Shown here in pieces: positions 1 to 10,709 of a stretch of 64,000 nucleotides of DNA. How positions within the stretch are numbered: the first letter of the stretch is position 1; every line of letters starts with the position of its first letter. The DNA is taken from assembly GCA_963763635.1 (NCBI GenBank), contig CAVXPO010000014.1, positions 4,123 through 68,122 of the forward strand, read 5' to 3'. Source of the DNA: an uncultured Alphaproteobacteria bacterium (GTDB taxonomy: Bacteria; Pseudomonadota; Alphaproteobacteria; Rhizobiales; Aestuariivirgaceae). The notes beneath the pieces were generated by a model. It searched no databases, was not told where the DNA came from, and saw nothing but the letters and a program-made list of their open reading frames with translations. A program made the position numbers and the translations under genes.

Positions 1-2
1 CG

Positions 3-1628
3 ACCCTCTCCAAAGAGGACCAGATGAAGGAAATGCAATGGTTCATCAAGGCCGCTGAGCCCTTCAAGGGCATGGAAATCAACGTGTTGTCGGAAGGACC
101 GCTTCCTACCCACGACTATGAATCAGCAGTCCTGACCAAGGCCTTCGAGGAAATCACCGGCATCAAGGTGAACCATCAGGAACTCGGCGAGGGCGAAGTG
201 GTTCAGGCCGTACAAACCCAGATGCAGACCAACCGCAATCTTTATGATGCCTATGTCAACGATAGCGATCTTATTGGGACGCATTCGCGTCTGCAATCAG
301 CCGTGAACCTGACGGATTTCATGGCGGGCGAGGGCAAAGACGTCACCAATCCGATGCTTGATCTCGACGACTTCATGGGTAAGTCCTTCACCACGGGTCC
401 CGACGGCAAGCTCTATCAGCTGCCCGACCAGCAATTCGCCAATCTCTACTGGTTCCGCGCTGACTGGTTCGCCCGTCCTGACCTCAAGGAAAAATTCAAG
501 GCAAAGTATGGCTATGATCTCGGCGTACCCGTGAACTGGTCCGCCTATGAAGATATCGCGCAATTCTTCACGGAAGACGTGAAAGAAATCGACGGCGTCA
601 AGATCTATGGTCATATGGACTACGGCAAGCGCGCACCTGACTTGGGCTGGCGCATGACGGACGCCTGGCTTTCCATGGCAGGTTCAGGCTCTCCTGGTTT
701 GCCAAACGGACGCCCAATCGACGAATGGGGCATCCGTATGGAAAAAGATAGCTGCAACCCATCGGGTGCATCGGTCTCGCGTGGTGGCGAAACCAACGGA
801 CCCGCTTCGGTCTATGCAATCGCCAAGTGGGATGAATGGCTGCGCAAATACGCACCACCCAGTGCGGCCGACTACGACTTCTACCAGTCGCTGCCGGCCC
901 TCTCTCAAGGCAACATTGCACAGCAGATCTTCTGGTACACCGCCTTCACCGCTTCGATGGTTGCACCCAAGAGCGAAGGCAACAACACCGTTGACGACAG
1001 CGGAACACCGCTGTGGAAGATGGCGCCGTCACCCCACGGTCCCTACTGGAAGGAAGGCCAGAAGCTCGGCTATCAAGATGTCGGGTCTTGGACGCTGTTG
1101 AAATCAACCCCGCTCGAGAACCGCAAGGCCGCCTGGCTCTATGCCCAGTTCGTGGTGTCGAAAACCGTCGATGTGAAGAAGAGCCACGTCGGTCTCACCT
1201 TCATTCGCGACAGTACCGTCCGCCATGAATCCTTCACCGAACGGGCACCAAAGCTCGGCGGTATGGTCGAGTTCTACCGCTCGCCGGACCGGGTGAACTG
1301 GACACCCACCGGCATCAACGTTCCCGACTATCCGAAGCTCGCCCAACTCTGGTGGGAAAACATCGGTGACGTGAATGCCGGCGCCTTCACGGCGCAGGAA
1401 GCCATGGATCGTCTTGCCGAGCAGATGGACCAGATCATGGGCCGTATGCAGGCAGCCGACGAAACCAACAAGACCTATGGCGGTTGTGGCCCGCGCCTCA
1501 ACGAACCAAAGGATCCGTCAGCTTGGCTCGGTGTTGAGGGTGGCCCCCATGCCAAACTCGACAACGAAAAACCACCGGGTGAAACCATTGCTTACGATGA
1601 ACTCGTAAAGCGCTGGGCCACCAAGTAA
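3..1628 (+). CDS. glpV: ABC transporter substrate-binding protein, glycerol-uptake (GlpV-like) family; 5' end lies outside the window
   Basis: The frame is open to the window edge. It has CUT1-type SBP motifs (YDAYVNDSDLIGTH, PDQQFANLYWFR) and precedes two ATPases, two permeases and a DUF2160-like gene, as in rhizobial glycerol ABC operons. Confidence 0.8.
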   Translation, partial: TLSKEDQMKEMQWFIKAAEPFKGMEINVLSEGPLPTHDYESAVLTKAFEEITGIKVNHQELGEGEVVQAVQTQMQTNRNLYDAYVNDSDLIGTHSRLQSAVNLTDFMAGEGKDVTNPMLDLDDFMGKSFTTGPDGKLYQLPDQQFANLYWFRADWFARPDLKEKFKAKYGYDLGVPVNWSAYEDIAQFFTEDVKEIDGVKIYGHMDYGKRAPDLGWRMTDAWLSMAGSGSPGLPNGRPIDEWGIRMEKDSCNPSGASVSRGGETNGPASVYAIAKWDEWLRKYAPPSAADYDFYQSLPALSQGNIAQQIFWYTAFTASMVAPKSEGNNTVDDSGTPLWKMAPSPHGPYWKEGQKLGYQDVGSWTLLKSTPLENRKAAWLYAQFVVSKTVDVKKSHVGLTFIRDSTVRHESFTERAPKLGGMVEFYRSPDRVNWTPTGINVPDYPKLAQLWWENIGDVNAGAFTAQEAMDRLAEQMDQIMGRMQAADETNKTYGGCGPRLNEPKDPSAWLGVEGGPHAKLDNEKPPGETIAYDELVKRWATK

Positions 1629-1650
1629 GCGACAGCGTTTCCTCCCAAGC

Positions 1651-1690
1651 ATGCCGGGGTGTGTCGTCTTGATGCATCCCGGCATTTTAT
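1651..1690 (+). terminator. Stem-loop after the SBP gene (terminator or mRNA stabiliser)
   Basis: ATGCCGGGGTGTGTC-gtctt-GATGCATCCCGGCAT forms a 15-bp stem with G-U pairs, followed by TTTAT. Confidence 0.55.
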
Positions 1691-1736
1691 GCAAAGATCA
1701 ATTCTGTCAATGAAGTGGCGGGGCGGCGGATACGCA

Positions 1737-2801
1737 ATGGCGCTTGAACTCAAGAACATCTCCCAGCGCGTGGGCGCGGATACCTACATCCACGATACCA
1801 GCATCGTTTTTGAAAATGGCTCGTTCAATATTTTGCTGGGAACGACCCTGGCGGGAAAAACCACACTGATGCAGCTCATCGCCGGCATCCAGAAACCGAC
1901 ATCCGGTGAAATCTGGTTCAAGGGCAGGAACATCACCAAACTGCCGGTGCAGAAACGCAATGTGTCTGTGGTTTATCAGCAGTTCATCAACTATCCCAAT
2001 TTCAATGTGTATGACAACATCGCCTCGCCGCTCCGCGTGGCCGGCATGGACGCCGCGGAAATTGACGCCCGCGTGAACAAGGCGGCTGATCTGCTTCGCC
2101 TCACACCCATGCTGCAACGCAAGCCCTCCGAGCTTTCCGGCGGCCAGCAGCAGCGCACCGCCATCGCGCGCGCCGTGGTGAAGGACAGTGACATCATCCT
2201 GCTTGATGAGCCCCTCGCCAATCTTGATTACAAGCTGCGCGAAGAGCTGCGCGAGGAATTGCCGAAGCTTTTTGCGGGCCGCGACGCGGTCGTGGTTTAC
2301 GCCACGACCGAGCCTTCCGAAGCCTTGTTGTTTGGCGGCAATACGGCGACGATGCATGAAGGCCGCATCACCCAGTTTGGCCCCACCGCTAGCGTTTACC
2401 GCGCGCCCGCCAATCTGGTCTCAGCGCAAGTGTTTTCCGAGCCGCCGATGAACACCGCGAAGATCACCAAACGCGGCAAGGACATTGTCATTTTTGGAAA
2501 AACCAAGTGGCCCGCCGGCCGCGCTGAAAAGACCTTGCCCGATGGCGATTACACGATCGGCGTCCGTCCCCACAACATTGCAACGGTTGGCCATGGCAAG
2601 GCCGTGGGCGCCATTGAGGGCAGCGTGCTGGTGACGGAGCTTTCCGGCTCCGAGAGCATCATCCACTGCGATGTGGGCGGCCAAACCTGGATTTCCCAGT
2701 CCCACGGCATCCATCCCCATGACGTGGGCTCAAGAGCCAAGCTCTTTGTCGATATCGACCAGTCGCTGTTCTTCGGCGCCAACAATGAGTTCATCTTATG
2801 A
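1737..2801 (+). CDS. glpS: ABC transporter ATP-binding protein (GlpS-like)
   Basis: Walker A variant GTTLAGKTT, signature LSGGQQQR, Walker B ILLDEP and a C-terminal TOBE-like region. Start taken at the ATG at 1737 (MALELK). Confidence 0.8.
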   Translation: MALELKNISQRVGADTYIHDTSIVFENGSFNILLGTTLAGKTTLMQLIAGIQKPTSGEIWFKGRNITKLPVQKRNVSVVYQQFINYPNFNVYDNIASPLRVAGMDAAEIDARVNKAADLLRLTPMLQRKPSELSGGQQQRTAIARAVVKDSDIILLDEPLANLDYKLREELREELPKLFAGRDAVVVYATTEPSEALLFGGNTATMHEGRITQFGPTASVYRAPANLVSAQVFSEPPMNTAKITKRGKDIVIFGKTKWPAGRAEKTLPDGDYTIGVRPHNIATVGHGKAVGAIEGSVLVTELSGSESIIHCDVGGQTWISQSHGIHPHDVGSRAKLFVDIDQSLFFGANNEFIL

Positions 2802-2818
2802 TGGCTGTTTGCAGTATT

Positions 2819-2950
2819 CGCCTTCGCCCGTGCCTTGAGGCATGGGAGAAGGTGGCCGAAGGCCGGATGAGGGACCTTTCGTCGGCGCAAAAAGAGCCCT
2901 CACCCGCCCTGTCGGGCACCCTCTCCCATGCAAGGGCACGGGCGAGGGCG
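2819..2950. repeat. REP/REPIN-like inverted pair, family A (CCCTCATCCG..CCACCTTCTCCC type)
   Basis: The left arm 2819-2873 is an imperfect reverse complement of the right arm 2897-2950. A related copy lies at 51603-51728. Confidence 0.8.
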
Positions 2951-2985
2951 AATGCCGCAAGCGTCCTCGCGGGAAAGCAAAACTA

Positions 2986-4062
2986 ATGGCCAAGATCACC
3001 CTGCAAAATCTCAAGCACAGCTATTTTCCCTTCCCGACCGAGGAGAGCCACTACTCGTTGAAACGCATGTCGCTGGATTGGGCCGATGGCGGCGCTTACG
3101 CGCTGTTGGGTCCATCGGGTTGCGGCAAGACCACGCTGCTCAATCTCATCTCCGGCCTGCTGTTTCCAACCGAAGGCGAAATCCTGTTTGATGACGTTGA
3201 TGTGTCCCGCGCCACGCCGGAAGAGCGCAACATTGCGCAGGTGTTCCAGTTCCCGGTGATCTACGACACCATGACGGTGTACAATAACCTCGCTTTCCCC
3301 CTGCGCAACCGCGGCGTTGACGAGGCGGAAGTCGACAGGCGCGTGCGGGAGATTGCGGAGATGCTCGACCTCACCAAAACGCTCAACAATCGCGCTTCCG
3401 GCCTGACCGCCGATGGCAAACAGAAAATATCCCTCGGCCGCGGCCTTGTGCGTTCCGATGTGAATGTCATCATGTTTGACGAGCCGCTCACTGTTATTGA
3501 CCCCCATTTGAAATGGCAGCTTCGTTCCAAACTGAAAGAGCTGCACCAGCGCACCAGGCGCACCATGATTTATGTGACCCATGACCAGACCGAAGCGCTG
3601 ACCTTCGCTGATCAGGTCGTGGTGATGAAAGACGGTGAAGTGGTGCAGACCGGAACGCCGATCGAATTGTTTGAACGCCCCATGCACACTTTTGTGGGCC
3701 ACTTCATCGGCTCGCCCGGCATGAATGTTTTGCCCTGCGAAGTCACCGGCGGCAAAGCCATGTTTGCGGGGCAGGCCATCGCCACCGTGAATGCCAAATC
3801 CTACAAGGGTATTGGCCAGAAACTTGAACTCGGCGTGCGGCCGGAATTTGTGAGCTTTGCCAAGCAAGGCATTCCGGTTGATATCGTGAAGGTGGCTGAT
3901 GCTGGCCGCTTCCGTATTGTGGAAACGCGCGCTGCAAATAGCAGCATCAAACTGCTGGTGCCGGAAGGCGACAGCATTCCAGAAGGCAAAACCCACCTGA
4001 GCTTTGATGCCAGCCACACACAGGTTTACGAAAATGGTTGGATGGTGGGAGCGCGGCCATGA
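2986..4062 (+). CDS. ABC transporter ATP-binding protein (rhizobial GlpT-like, not the MFS GlpT)
   Basis: GPSGCGKTT, degenerate signature LTADGKQK and MFDEP. Start at ATG 2986 (MAKITLQ), downstream of the repeat. Confidence 0.85.
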   Translation: MAKITLQNLKHSYFPFPTEESHYSLKRMSLDWADGGAYALLGPSGCGKTTLLNLISGLLFPTEGEILFDDVDVSRATPEERNIAQVFQFPVIYDTMTVYNNLAFPLRNRGVDEAEVDRRVREIAEMLDLTKTLNNRASGLTADGKQKISLGRGLVRSDVNVIMFDEPLTVIDPHLKWQLRSKLKELHQRTRRTMIYVTHDQTEALTFADQVVVMKDGEVVQTGTPIELFERPMHTFVGHFIGSPGMNVLPCEVTGGKAMFAGQAIATVNAKSYKGIGQKLELGVRPEFVSFAKQGIPVDIVKVADAGRFRIVETRAANSSIKLLVPEGDSIPEGKTHLSFDASHTQVYENGWMVGARP

Positions 4063-4926
4063 GCAGCAAAACAGTCAATCAGAGGGCCTGGTTCCTCGTC
4101 GCCCCCGTTTTCGCATTGGTAGCTTTCAACGCGCTCATTCCGCTGATGACAGTGGTGAATTTTTCCGTGCAGGAAACCTTTCGGCGATAATGTTTTCACC
4201 TGGTCCGGCATCACCTGGTTTGAGCAGGTCTTGCATTCCGAACGCTTCCACGGCGCGCTGCTCAGGCAAATCATTTTCTCCGCCATTGTCCTGGCCATTG
4301 AAATTCCATTAGGCCTTGGCATTGCGCTGACGATGCCACGCAAGGGACCGTGGGTTTCCGTGTGCCTTGTGCTGATGTCGCTGCCTTTGCTCATTCCCTA
4401 CAATGTGGTGGGGGCCATGTGGAACATCATGGCGCTGCCGGATATTGGTTTGCTGGGAAAAGCCATCAACTCCCTCGGTATTGACTATAACTACACGCGC
4501 CAGCCCCTGTCGGCGTGGTTTACCCTGATCCTGATGGACATCTGGCACTGGACGTCGCTGGTCGCACTCCTCTGTTATGCGGGCCTCGTGTCCATTCCCG
4601 ATGCCTATTATCAGGCCGCCAAGGTGGATGGCGCAAAGACCTGGGCGGTGTTCCGCTATATCCAGTTGCCAAAGCTCAAGCATGTGCTCACCATCGCCGT
4701 GCTGCTGCGCTTCATGGACAGTTTCATGATTTACACGGAAGCCGTGGTGCTCACCGGCGGCGGCCCCGGCAGCGCCACAACATTCCTGTCCATCGATCTT
4801 GTGAAAACCGCCCTTGGCCAGTTTGACCTGGGGCCGGCGGCGGCCATGTCGATCATTTACTTCATCATCATTCTTGCCGTCTCGTGGCTGTTCTACACGC
4901 TGATGATGAAGAACGAGGAGGTTTGA
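4059..4926 (+). CDS. glpP: Carbohydrate ABC permease (GlpP-like) with a +1 frameshift at 4179-4181
   Basis: MSSKTVNQRAWFLV..ETF then continues in another frame as GDNVFTWSG..HSERF..EAA-loop (YYQAAKVDGA). Removing one T gives 289 codons. The ATG overlaps the upstream stop (ATGA). Confidence 0.8.
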
Positions 4927-4927
4927 G

Positions 4928-5728
4928 ATGAAATCCATTACCCGCTTTGTTCCTGTCATCTACATCATCTTCCTCATGCTGCCCATCTATTGGCTGCTCA
5001 ACATGAGTTTCAAGACGACCAATGAAATCCTCGGCGGCTTCTCGCTGTACCCCCGTGAGTTTACCACGGCGAGTTACGTGAAAATCTTCACCGATCCCTC
5101 ATGGTATAATGGCTACATCAATTCCATCACCTATGTGATCATCAACACGGTGCTGTCGGTTTCCGTGGCCTTGCCCGCAGCCTACGCCTTTTCGCGTTAC
5201 CGTTTTCTGGGTGACAAGCACCTGTTCTTCTGGCTGCTGTCAAACCGCATGGCGCCGCCTGCCGTGTTCGCGCTGCCCTTCTTCCAGCTCTATTCGGAAG
5301 TGGGCCTGTTTGACACGCCCTGGGCCGTGGCTTTGGCCCACACGCTGTTCAACATTCCCCTAGCCGTGTGGATTCTCGAAGGCTTCATGTCCGGCGTGCC
5401 AAAAGCCCTGGATGAAACCGCATTTGTGGATGGCTATTCCTTCCCGCGCTTTTTCTTCCGCATTTTCATTCCGACGATTGCCGCAGGCATTGGCGTTGCC
5501 TGCTTCTTCTGCTTCATGTTCTCCTGGGTGGAATTGCTGCTGGCCAAAACACTCACATCTGTTGCCGCAAAACCCATCGCTGCCGCGATGACGAAAACCG
5601 CCTCGACGTCGGGATATGAACTGGGCCTGCTTGCGGCGGCGGGCTCGCTCACCATCATTCCCGGCGCCATCGTCATCTATTTCGTGCGCAACTATATCGC
5701 CAAGGGCTTTGCCCTCGGCCGCGTGTAA
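4928..5728 (+). CDS. glpQ: Carbohydrate ABC permease (GlpQ-like)
   Basis: Multiple TM segments and an EAA motif (LDETAFVDGYS). Confidence 0.8.
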   Translation: MKSITRFVPVIYIIFLMLPIYWLLNMSFKTTNEILGGFSLYPREFTTASYVKIFTDPSWYNGYINSITYVIINTVLSVSVALPAAYAFSRYRFLGDKHLFFWLLSNRMAPPAVFALPFFQLYSEVGLFDTPWAVALAHTLFNIPLAVWILEGFMSGVPKALDETAFVDGYSFPRFFFRIFIPTIAAGIGVACFFCFMFSWVELLLAKTLTSVAAKPIAAAMTKTASTSGYELGLLAAAGSLTIIPGAIVIYFVRNYIAKGFALGRV

Positions 5729-5740
5729 GGAGGGAAAATC

Positions 5741-6034
5741 ATGGAACCCACCACATTTCTCTCCTGGATGGCGTGGACCTGGCCAACCATATTCTTCTTC
5801 CTGTTCGTGTTCGGCAGCATCGCCGCCATGGGCGTGTGGGAATATTATGTGCCGGGTGGTGACCCGCGCCACGGCATCTTCGGGCTCGACACCACCCGCG
5901 GCGACAGGCTTTTCATCACGCTTCTGGGCAGCTCCTTTATTTTCCTCGCCTGGCTTGGATTATTTGGCGTGCCACTGTGGGGCGGCCTGGTGCTGGCGCT
6001 GATCTGGGGTTTTGTGGTGTTTAAGTGGGTGTGA
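5741..6034 (+). CDS. glpU: Small integral membrane protein, DUF2160/GlpU-like
   Basis: WMAWTWPT..LDTTRGDRLFITLLGS motif, a good SD (GGAGGG) and the operon position. Confidence 0.75.
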   Translation: MEPTTFLSWMAWTWPTIFFFLFVFGSIAAMGVWEYYVPGGDPRHGIFGLDTTRGDRLFITLLGSSFIFLAWLGLFGVPLWGGLVLALIWGFVVFKWV

Positions 6035-6064
6035 GAAGTACTCACGCGCACACCTGCAAAAAAA

Positions 6065-6165
6065 CCCTCATGCTGAGGCGCATCGCACTTGCGATGCCTC
6101 GAAGCATCCGTCTCCGCATCCACCGGCCCTTCGAGGCTCGCGCTGCTCGCATCTCAGGGTGAGGG
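6065..6165. repeat. Palindromic intergenic repeat, family C (CCCTCAT.CTGAG..CTCGAAG type), inverted pair
   Basis: CCCTCATGCTGAGGCGCATCGCACTTGCGATGCCTCGAAGCA is followed by an imperfect reverse complement ending CTCAGGGTGAGGG, between convergent genes. Confidence 0.65.
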
Positions 6166-6169
6166 CAGA

Positions 6170-8563
6170 TCAACTCCGCAACGCTCCACCCGTCGCCTTC
6201 TGCACACCGGCAACAATCTTCTGCGACACGGCTTCAATCTCTTCGTCCGTGAACGTCTTGTCCTTCGGCTGCAGCGTCACTTCAATCGCGTAGGACTTTT
6301 TCGCACCTTCCAGTTTGAAAACATCAAACACCACCGCCTCGGCAATCAGCGCCTTGTCGGCGGCCCGCACGGCCTTGACCAGCTTGTCCGCTTCCACCGC
6401 ATCATCGACCACGAAGGCGAAGTCGCGTGACACGGCGGAGAAGGTCAGACGCATTGAGCGCCGGCCGTGTGGCCGATTTCGCTTTCGGCACCGGAATCGC
6501 ATTCAGCACCACTTCAAAGGCAACGATAGGCCCTTTCACATCCATCGCCGCCAGCACGCGGGGATGGATTTCGCCGAAGGTGGCCAGCTTGTTCTGCGGC
6601 CCCATCTGAATGGTGCCGGAGCGTCCGGGGTGATACCAGGAAGGCCCACCCGCCACGATCTGCAGGCTGGCAACCGCAGCGCCCGCCGCCTCAAGAACAG
6701 CCAGCGCGTCGGCCTTCGCGTCAAACGCGTCAACGGCGCGCGACGGCCTCCTGCCAATTGCGCGCGGCGGCCTGGCCCCGGCGAACACCGCCCGCCCGCA
6801 GGGTTTCATCTTGAGGCCTGTCGCCCGCATAGGCATGGCCGATTTCACTGAGGCTGAGATCACTGAACCCCCGCTTCCCATTGCGGCCAGCCGCCGCGAT
6901 GAGATTGGGGAGCAGCGAAGGCCGCATGTCGGTAAGTTCCGACGAAATCGGATTGGCGAGTTTGAGGTCGGCCTGCCCGCCGCCAAACAGTTTTGCGTGG
7001 GTCTCCGGAATGAAACTCCATGTTACCGCTTCATTGAAGCCCCGCGCGGCCAGCGTGCGGCGCGCCGCTAGCATGCGCTTTTGCAGCGTGTTGAGAACAG
7101 GTGCCGCAATGGGATGATCACGCTCCATGGCAACAGCGGGAATATTGTCCACGCCATAAATGCGGGCGACCTCTTCGACGAGATCAGTCTCGCTATGCAC
7201 ATCGGGCCGCCAGCTTGGCACGGAACATGCCAATCCTGCCGGCGTTTCCTTGCACACAAATCCGAGATCAGAGAGAATGCGCTTTTGATCCGTGAGCGGA
7301 ATATCAAGCCCGGCCAGCGCTTTCACCCGCGTTGCCCGCAAGGTGAACGAGCGGGTCGTATCCGGAGCGGCACCCGCCATAACGGGATGCGATGCCGCCC
7401 CGCCGCAGAGATCAAGGATCATCCGTGTCGCGATTTCAGCGCCGCGTTGCGTGAAGGCGGGATCAATGCCGCGCTCGAAACGGTAGCGCGCGTCAGACAC
7501 AATGCCGAGCTTGCGGCCCGTCGCCGCCGTGCGCAGGGGATCAAAATAGGCAGCTTCGAGGAACACGTTGGTGGTGGTGTCCGAACAGCCCGTCGGCGCG
7601 CCGCCGATAACGCCGGCAATGCCTTCTGCGGCATGATCATCGGCAATCACCGTCATGGCGGAGGTGAGCGTGTAGCTCTTGCCGTCCAACGCCAGCAAGC
7701 TCTTCGCCATCCCGCGCCATGCGGGCGCGAATGTTGCCCTTCACCTTGTCGGCGTCGAACACATGCAGCGGCCTGCCATAGGCGAAGGTGATGTAGTTGG
7801 TGATATCAACCAGCGCGGAAATCGGGCGCAGGCCAATGGCTTTCAATTGGCGCTGCAGCCATTCCGGCGACGGGCCATTCCTGACGCCCTTGATGTAGCG
7901 CCCGACAAACAGCGGGCAGGGCGTGTTATCGCCACCGAAATCCAGCGACACCTTGATGGGCGATTCAAATGCGCCAGCAACCGGCGTCGCGTTCAAGGGC
8001 TTGAGCTTGCCCAGCCCCTTGGCTGCAAGATCGCGCGCAATCCCGTAAATGCCCAAAGCATCGGGCCGGTTGGGCGTCACCTTCACATAAATCATCGGAT
8101 CATCAAGGCCCAGCGCCTTGACGGCAGGCGTGCCCACCGGCCAGTCGCCCTTGAGATCAATGATGCCGTCATGCTCCTCGGAAATCAGCAGCTCGCGCTC
8201 CGAGCACAGCATGCCCTGGCTTTCCGACCCGCGGATCACGCCAAGCTCCAGCGTCTCGCCACTCGACGGAATGACGGCGCCGGGAAGCGCCACAATGCCC
8301 TTCATGCCGGTGCGCGCATTGGGCGCCCCGCACACGACCTGGATAACGCCGCTCGCGGTTTCCACCTTGCACAGCCGCAGCTTGTCCGCATTCGGATGCT
8401 TGGCGGCTTCGATGACATAGGCCACCTTGAACGGCGCCAGCATCTTCGTCTTGTCTTCAACCTCCTCAACCTCAAGCCCAACACCAACAAGGCCGTCGAC
8501 AATCTGCTCAAGCGTCGCCGAAGTCTCGAGATAGTCCTTGAGCCAGGAGAGGGTGAATTTCAT
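6170..8563 (-). CDS. pheT: Phenylalanine--tRNA ligase beta subunit with three +1 frameshifts (about 7697, 6745, 6437)
   Basis: [19 protein letters not shown] and RFERGID motifs and a C-terminal FDX-ACB domain are spread over four ORF segments. Removing 3 nt restores 797 codons. Confidence 0.95.
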
Positions 8564-8992
8564 GACTGAACCACATTCCTTGTCTTGGGTGGCATCGGAA
8601 CTCCGTCGCCGCCGCGGGCGTGTTTCGCAACCGCTGCTTCCAGTTCGTAGTAGTCACCCTGATTGGGTGCAAAAATATGCGCAAGCGTGTGAAGGCCCGT
8701 TGCACCATCCAGCGAGCCAGCACTGATGGAGGTCTTGTCATCGCCATCACTGACGAAAAACAGAGGGCTTCCACATTTTTTGCAGAATCCTCGACGATTT
8801 CCCTCGCTCGATCCGTACCACTCAAGTCCATCAGACCTGATAATCTTGAATTCTTCGTTCCATGCTGCTGTGAAGGCCAGATAGTGACCAGTCCATTTCC
8901 TGCACATGGAACAGTGGCAGCCAACGACCTGCTTCACATTCTCCTGCAATTTCGTATGGAGAAGCGCCGCATAAACATGAGCCGGTTATCAT
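8560..8992 (-). CDS. GFA/CENP-V family Zn-binding protein with a +1 frameshift at about 8939
   Basis: [10 protein letters not shown] in one frame, then [20 protein letters not shown] in the next. ATGA overlaps couple it to both pheS and pheT; the corrected length is 144 codons. Confidence 0.8.
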
Positions 8993-10050
8993 GACAGGCC
9001 TCCCGGCAGGGTTGGCACTTGCAACGCCTTGAATCCATAATGCCGGAGCCAGCGCAAATCCGCTTCAAAGAAGGCGCGCAGGTCGGGGATGCCGTATTTG
9101 AGCATGGCGAGGCGGTCCAGCCCCATGCCGAAGGCGTAGCCCTGATGCTTGTCGGGATCAAGGCCGCCCGCCTTGATCACATTGGGATGCACCATGCCGC
9201 TACCCAGAATTTCCAGCCATGACGAGCCTTGGCCAATTTTCACCTGGCCGCCTTCCCATGAGCAGTTGATGTCGACTTCCAGGGAAGGCTCGGTGAAGGG
9301 GAAATGCGAAGCGCGGAACCGCATTTTCACGTCATCCACTTCAAAGAAGCTCTTGCAGAATTCCGCCAGGATCCATTTGAGGTGCCCCATGTGGGTCGTC
9401 TCATCAATGACAAGGCCCTCGATCTGGTTGAACATCGGCGTGTGCGTCATGTCGCTGTCGCAGCGGAAGGTGCGACCCGGTGCGATGATGCGGATGGGCG
9501 GTTTCGACGACAGCATGGTGCGGATTTGCACTGGTGACGTATGCGTGCGCAAAACCATGCGGCTGCCGTCGGGCTTCTCGTTGAAATAGAACGTGTCGTG
9601 CTCCTGCCGCGCCGGATGCTCCGGCGGAATATTGAGCGCCGTGAAATTGTGAAAATCATCTTCGATGTGCGGGCCTTCGGCCACGGCAAATCCGAGATCG
9701 CCAAAAATCTGCACCACTTCTTCCCACACCTGGGAAACCGGATGCACGGTGCCGCGCGGCTCGGCCCGCGTGGGCAAGGTCACATCAATTTTTTCAGACG
9801 CCAAGCGCTGCTCAAGCTGGGCTTCCTGCAACACGGCTTTGCGCGCAGCGATGGCTTCCGTCACCGTGTCTTTCAAAACATTGAGGGCGGCACCCGCGTT
9901 CTTGCGTTCATCCGGCGCCATGGCGCCCAATGATTTCATCTGCTCGGAGATCGAACCCTTCTTGCCAAGCGTTGCAATGCGAATGGCTTCCAGCGCCGCC
10001 TCATCGGAAGCGCCTGCAATCTGGTTCAGGATGTCTTGTTCAAGACTCAT
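8989..10050 (-). CDS. pheS: Phenylalanine--tRNA ligase alpha subunit
   Basis: [29 protein letters not shown] and GMVHPNV motifs. Confidence 0.98.
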   Translation of the reverse strand: MSLEQDILNQIAGASDEAALEAIRIATLGKKGSISEQMKSLGAMAPDERKNAGAALNVLKDTVTEAIAARKAVLQEAQLEQRLASEKIDVTLPTRAEPRGTVHPVSQVWEEVVQIFGDLGFAVAEGPHIEDDFHNFTALNIPPEHPARQEHDTFYFNEKPDGSRMVLRTHTSPVQIRTMLSSKPPIRIIAPGRTFRCDSDMTHTPMFNQIEGLVIDETTHMGHLKWILAEFCKSFFEVDDVKMRFRASHFPFTEPSLEVDINCSWEGGQVKIGQGSSWLEILGSGMVHPNVIKAGGLDPDKHQGYAFGMGLDRLAMLKYGIPDLRAFFEADLRWLRHYGFKALQVPTLPGGLS

Positions 10051-10142
10051 GGCGGAGGGGTCCTTAAAACGGATTGGCCGGACCTCTCAAGTGTTGCACA
10101 CTTAACGGCCCGGCCAAGGAATTCGAAACGTGAGCTATCGAC

Positions 10143-10496
10143 TTATTGAGCAGCCTTGGCCTTTTCAACAAGGGCGGCAAAGCCAGCGGCATCATGGATC
10201 GCGAGATCCGAGAGAACCTTGCGGTCCACCTCGATGCCGGCCTTGCTCAAGCCATAGATAAATCGGCCATAGGTCATGCCGAGTTCGCGGGTCGCAGCGT
10301 TGATGCGCTGGATCCACAGGGCGCGGAAATTGCGCTTCTTGGTGCGGCGATCACGGTAGGCATATTGGCCGGCCTTTTCCACCGCCTGAACGGCAACGCG
10401 GAAAACGTTTTTGCGACGGCTGAAATAGCCCTTCGCGGCCTTCATTACTTTTTTATGGGACTTGCGGGCTACAACGCCGCCTTTTGCACGTGACAT
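10143..10496 (-). CDS. rplT: 50S ribosomal protein L20
   Basis: [33 protein letters not shown]. Confidence 0.98.
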   Translation of the reverse strand: MSRAKGGVVARKSHKKVMKAAKGYFSRRKNVFRVAVQAVEKAGQYAYRDRRTKKRNFRALWIQRINAATRELGMTYGRFIYGLSKAGIEVDRKVLSDLAIHDAAGFAALVEKAKAAQ

Positions 10497-10508
10497 CGCG
10501 GGCTCTCC

Positions 10509-10709
10509 TTAACGGGCGTAGGGCATGTGGATTCTGACGAGCCCGGCATCACCGGGTGACAAAATCATGGTGCCGCGCTGGTTGCGGAGCTGCTTGTTGG
10601 TGCGCTTGATCATGCCGTGTTGCTTTCCAGCTCCGGCGGCACGAATCTTGCCGGAAGCGGTCATTTTGAAGCGCTTCTTGGCTGAGGATTTCGTTTTCAT
10701 CTTGGGCAT
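10509..10709 (-). CDS. rpmI: 50S ribosomal protein L35
   Basis: [21 protein letters not shown]. Confidence 0.98.
   Translation of the reverse strand: MPKMKTKSSAKKRFKMTASGKIRAAGAGKQHGMIKRTNKQLRNQRGTMILSPGDAGLVRIHMPYAR

Noticed and set aside
2842-2985. N-terminal extension of the second ABC ATPase
   Set aside because: It is the translation of the family A repeat; ATPase homology starts at 2986.
6430-7700. Programmed ribosomal frameshifting in pheT
   Set aside because: There are no slippery heptamers or stimulatory structures at the three sites, and similar indels are scattered through unrelated genes.
7679-8569. Long antisense ORFs (e.g. 7679-8569, 2983-4017, 39878-40987, 23589-24464, 57170-57973)
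   Set aside because: These are typical shadow ORFs of high-GC coding strands, with no recognisable motifs.
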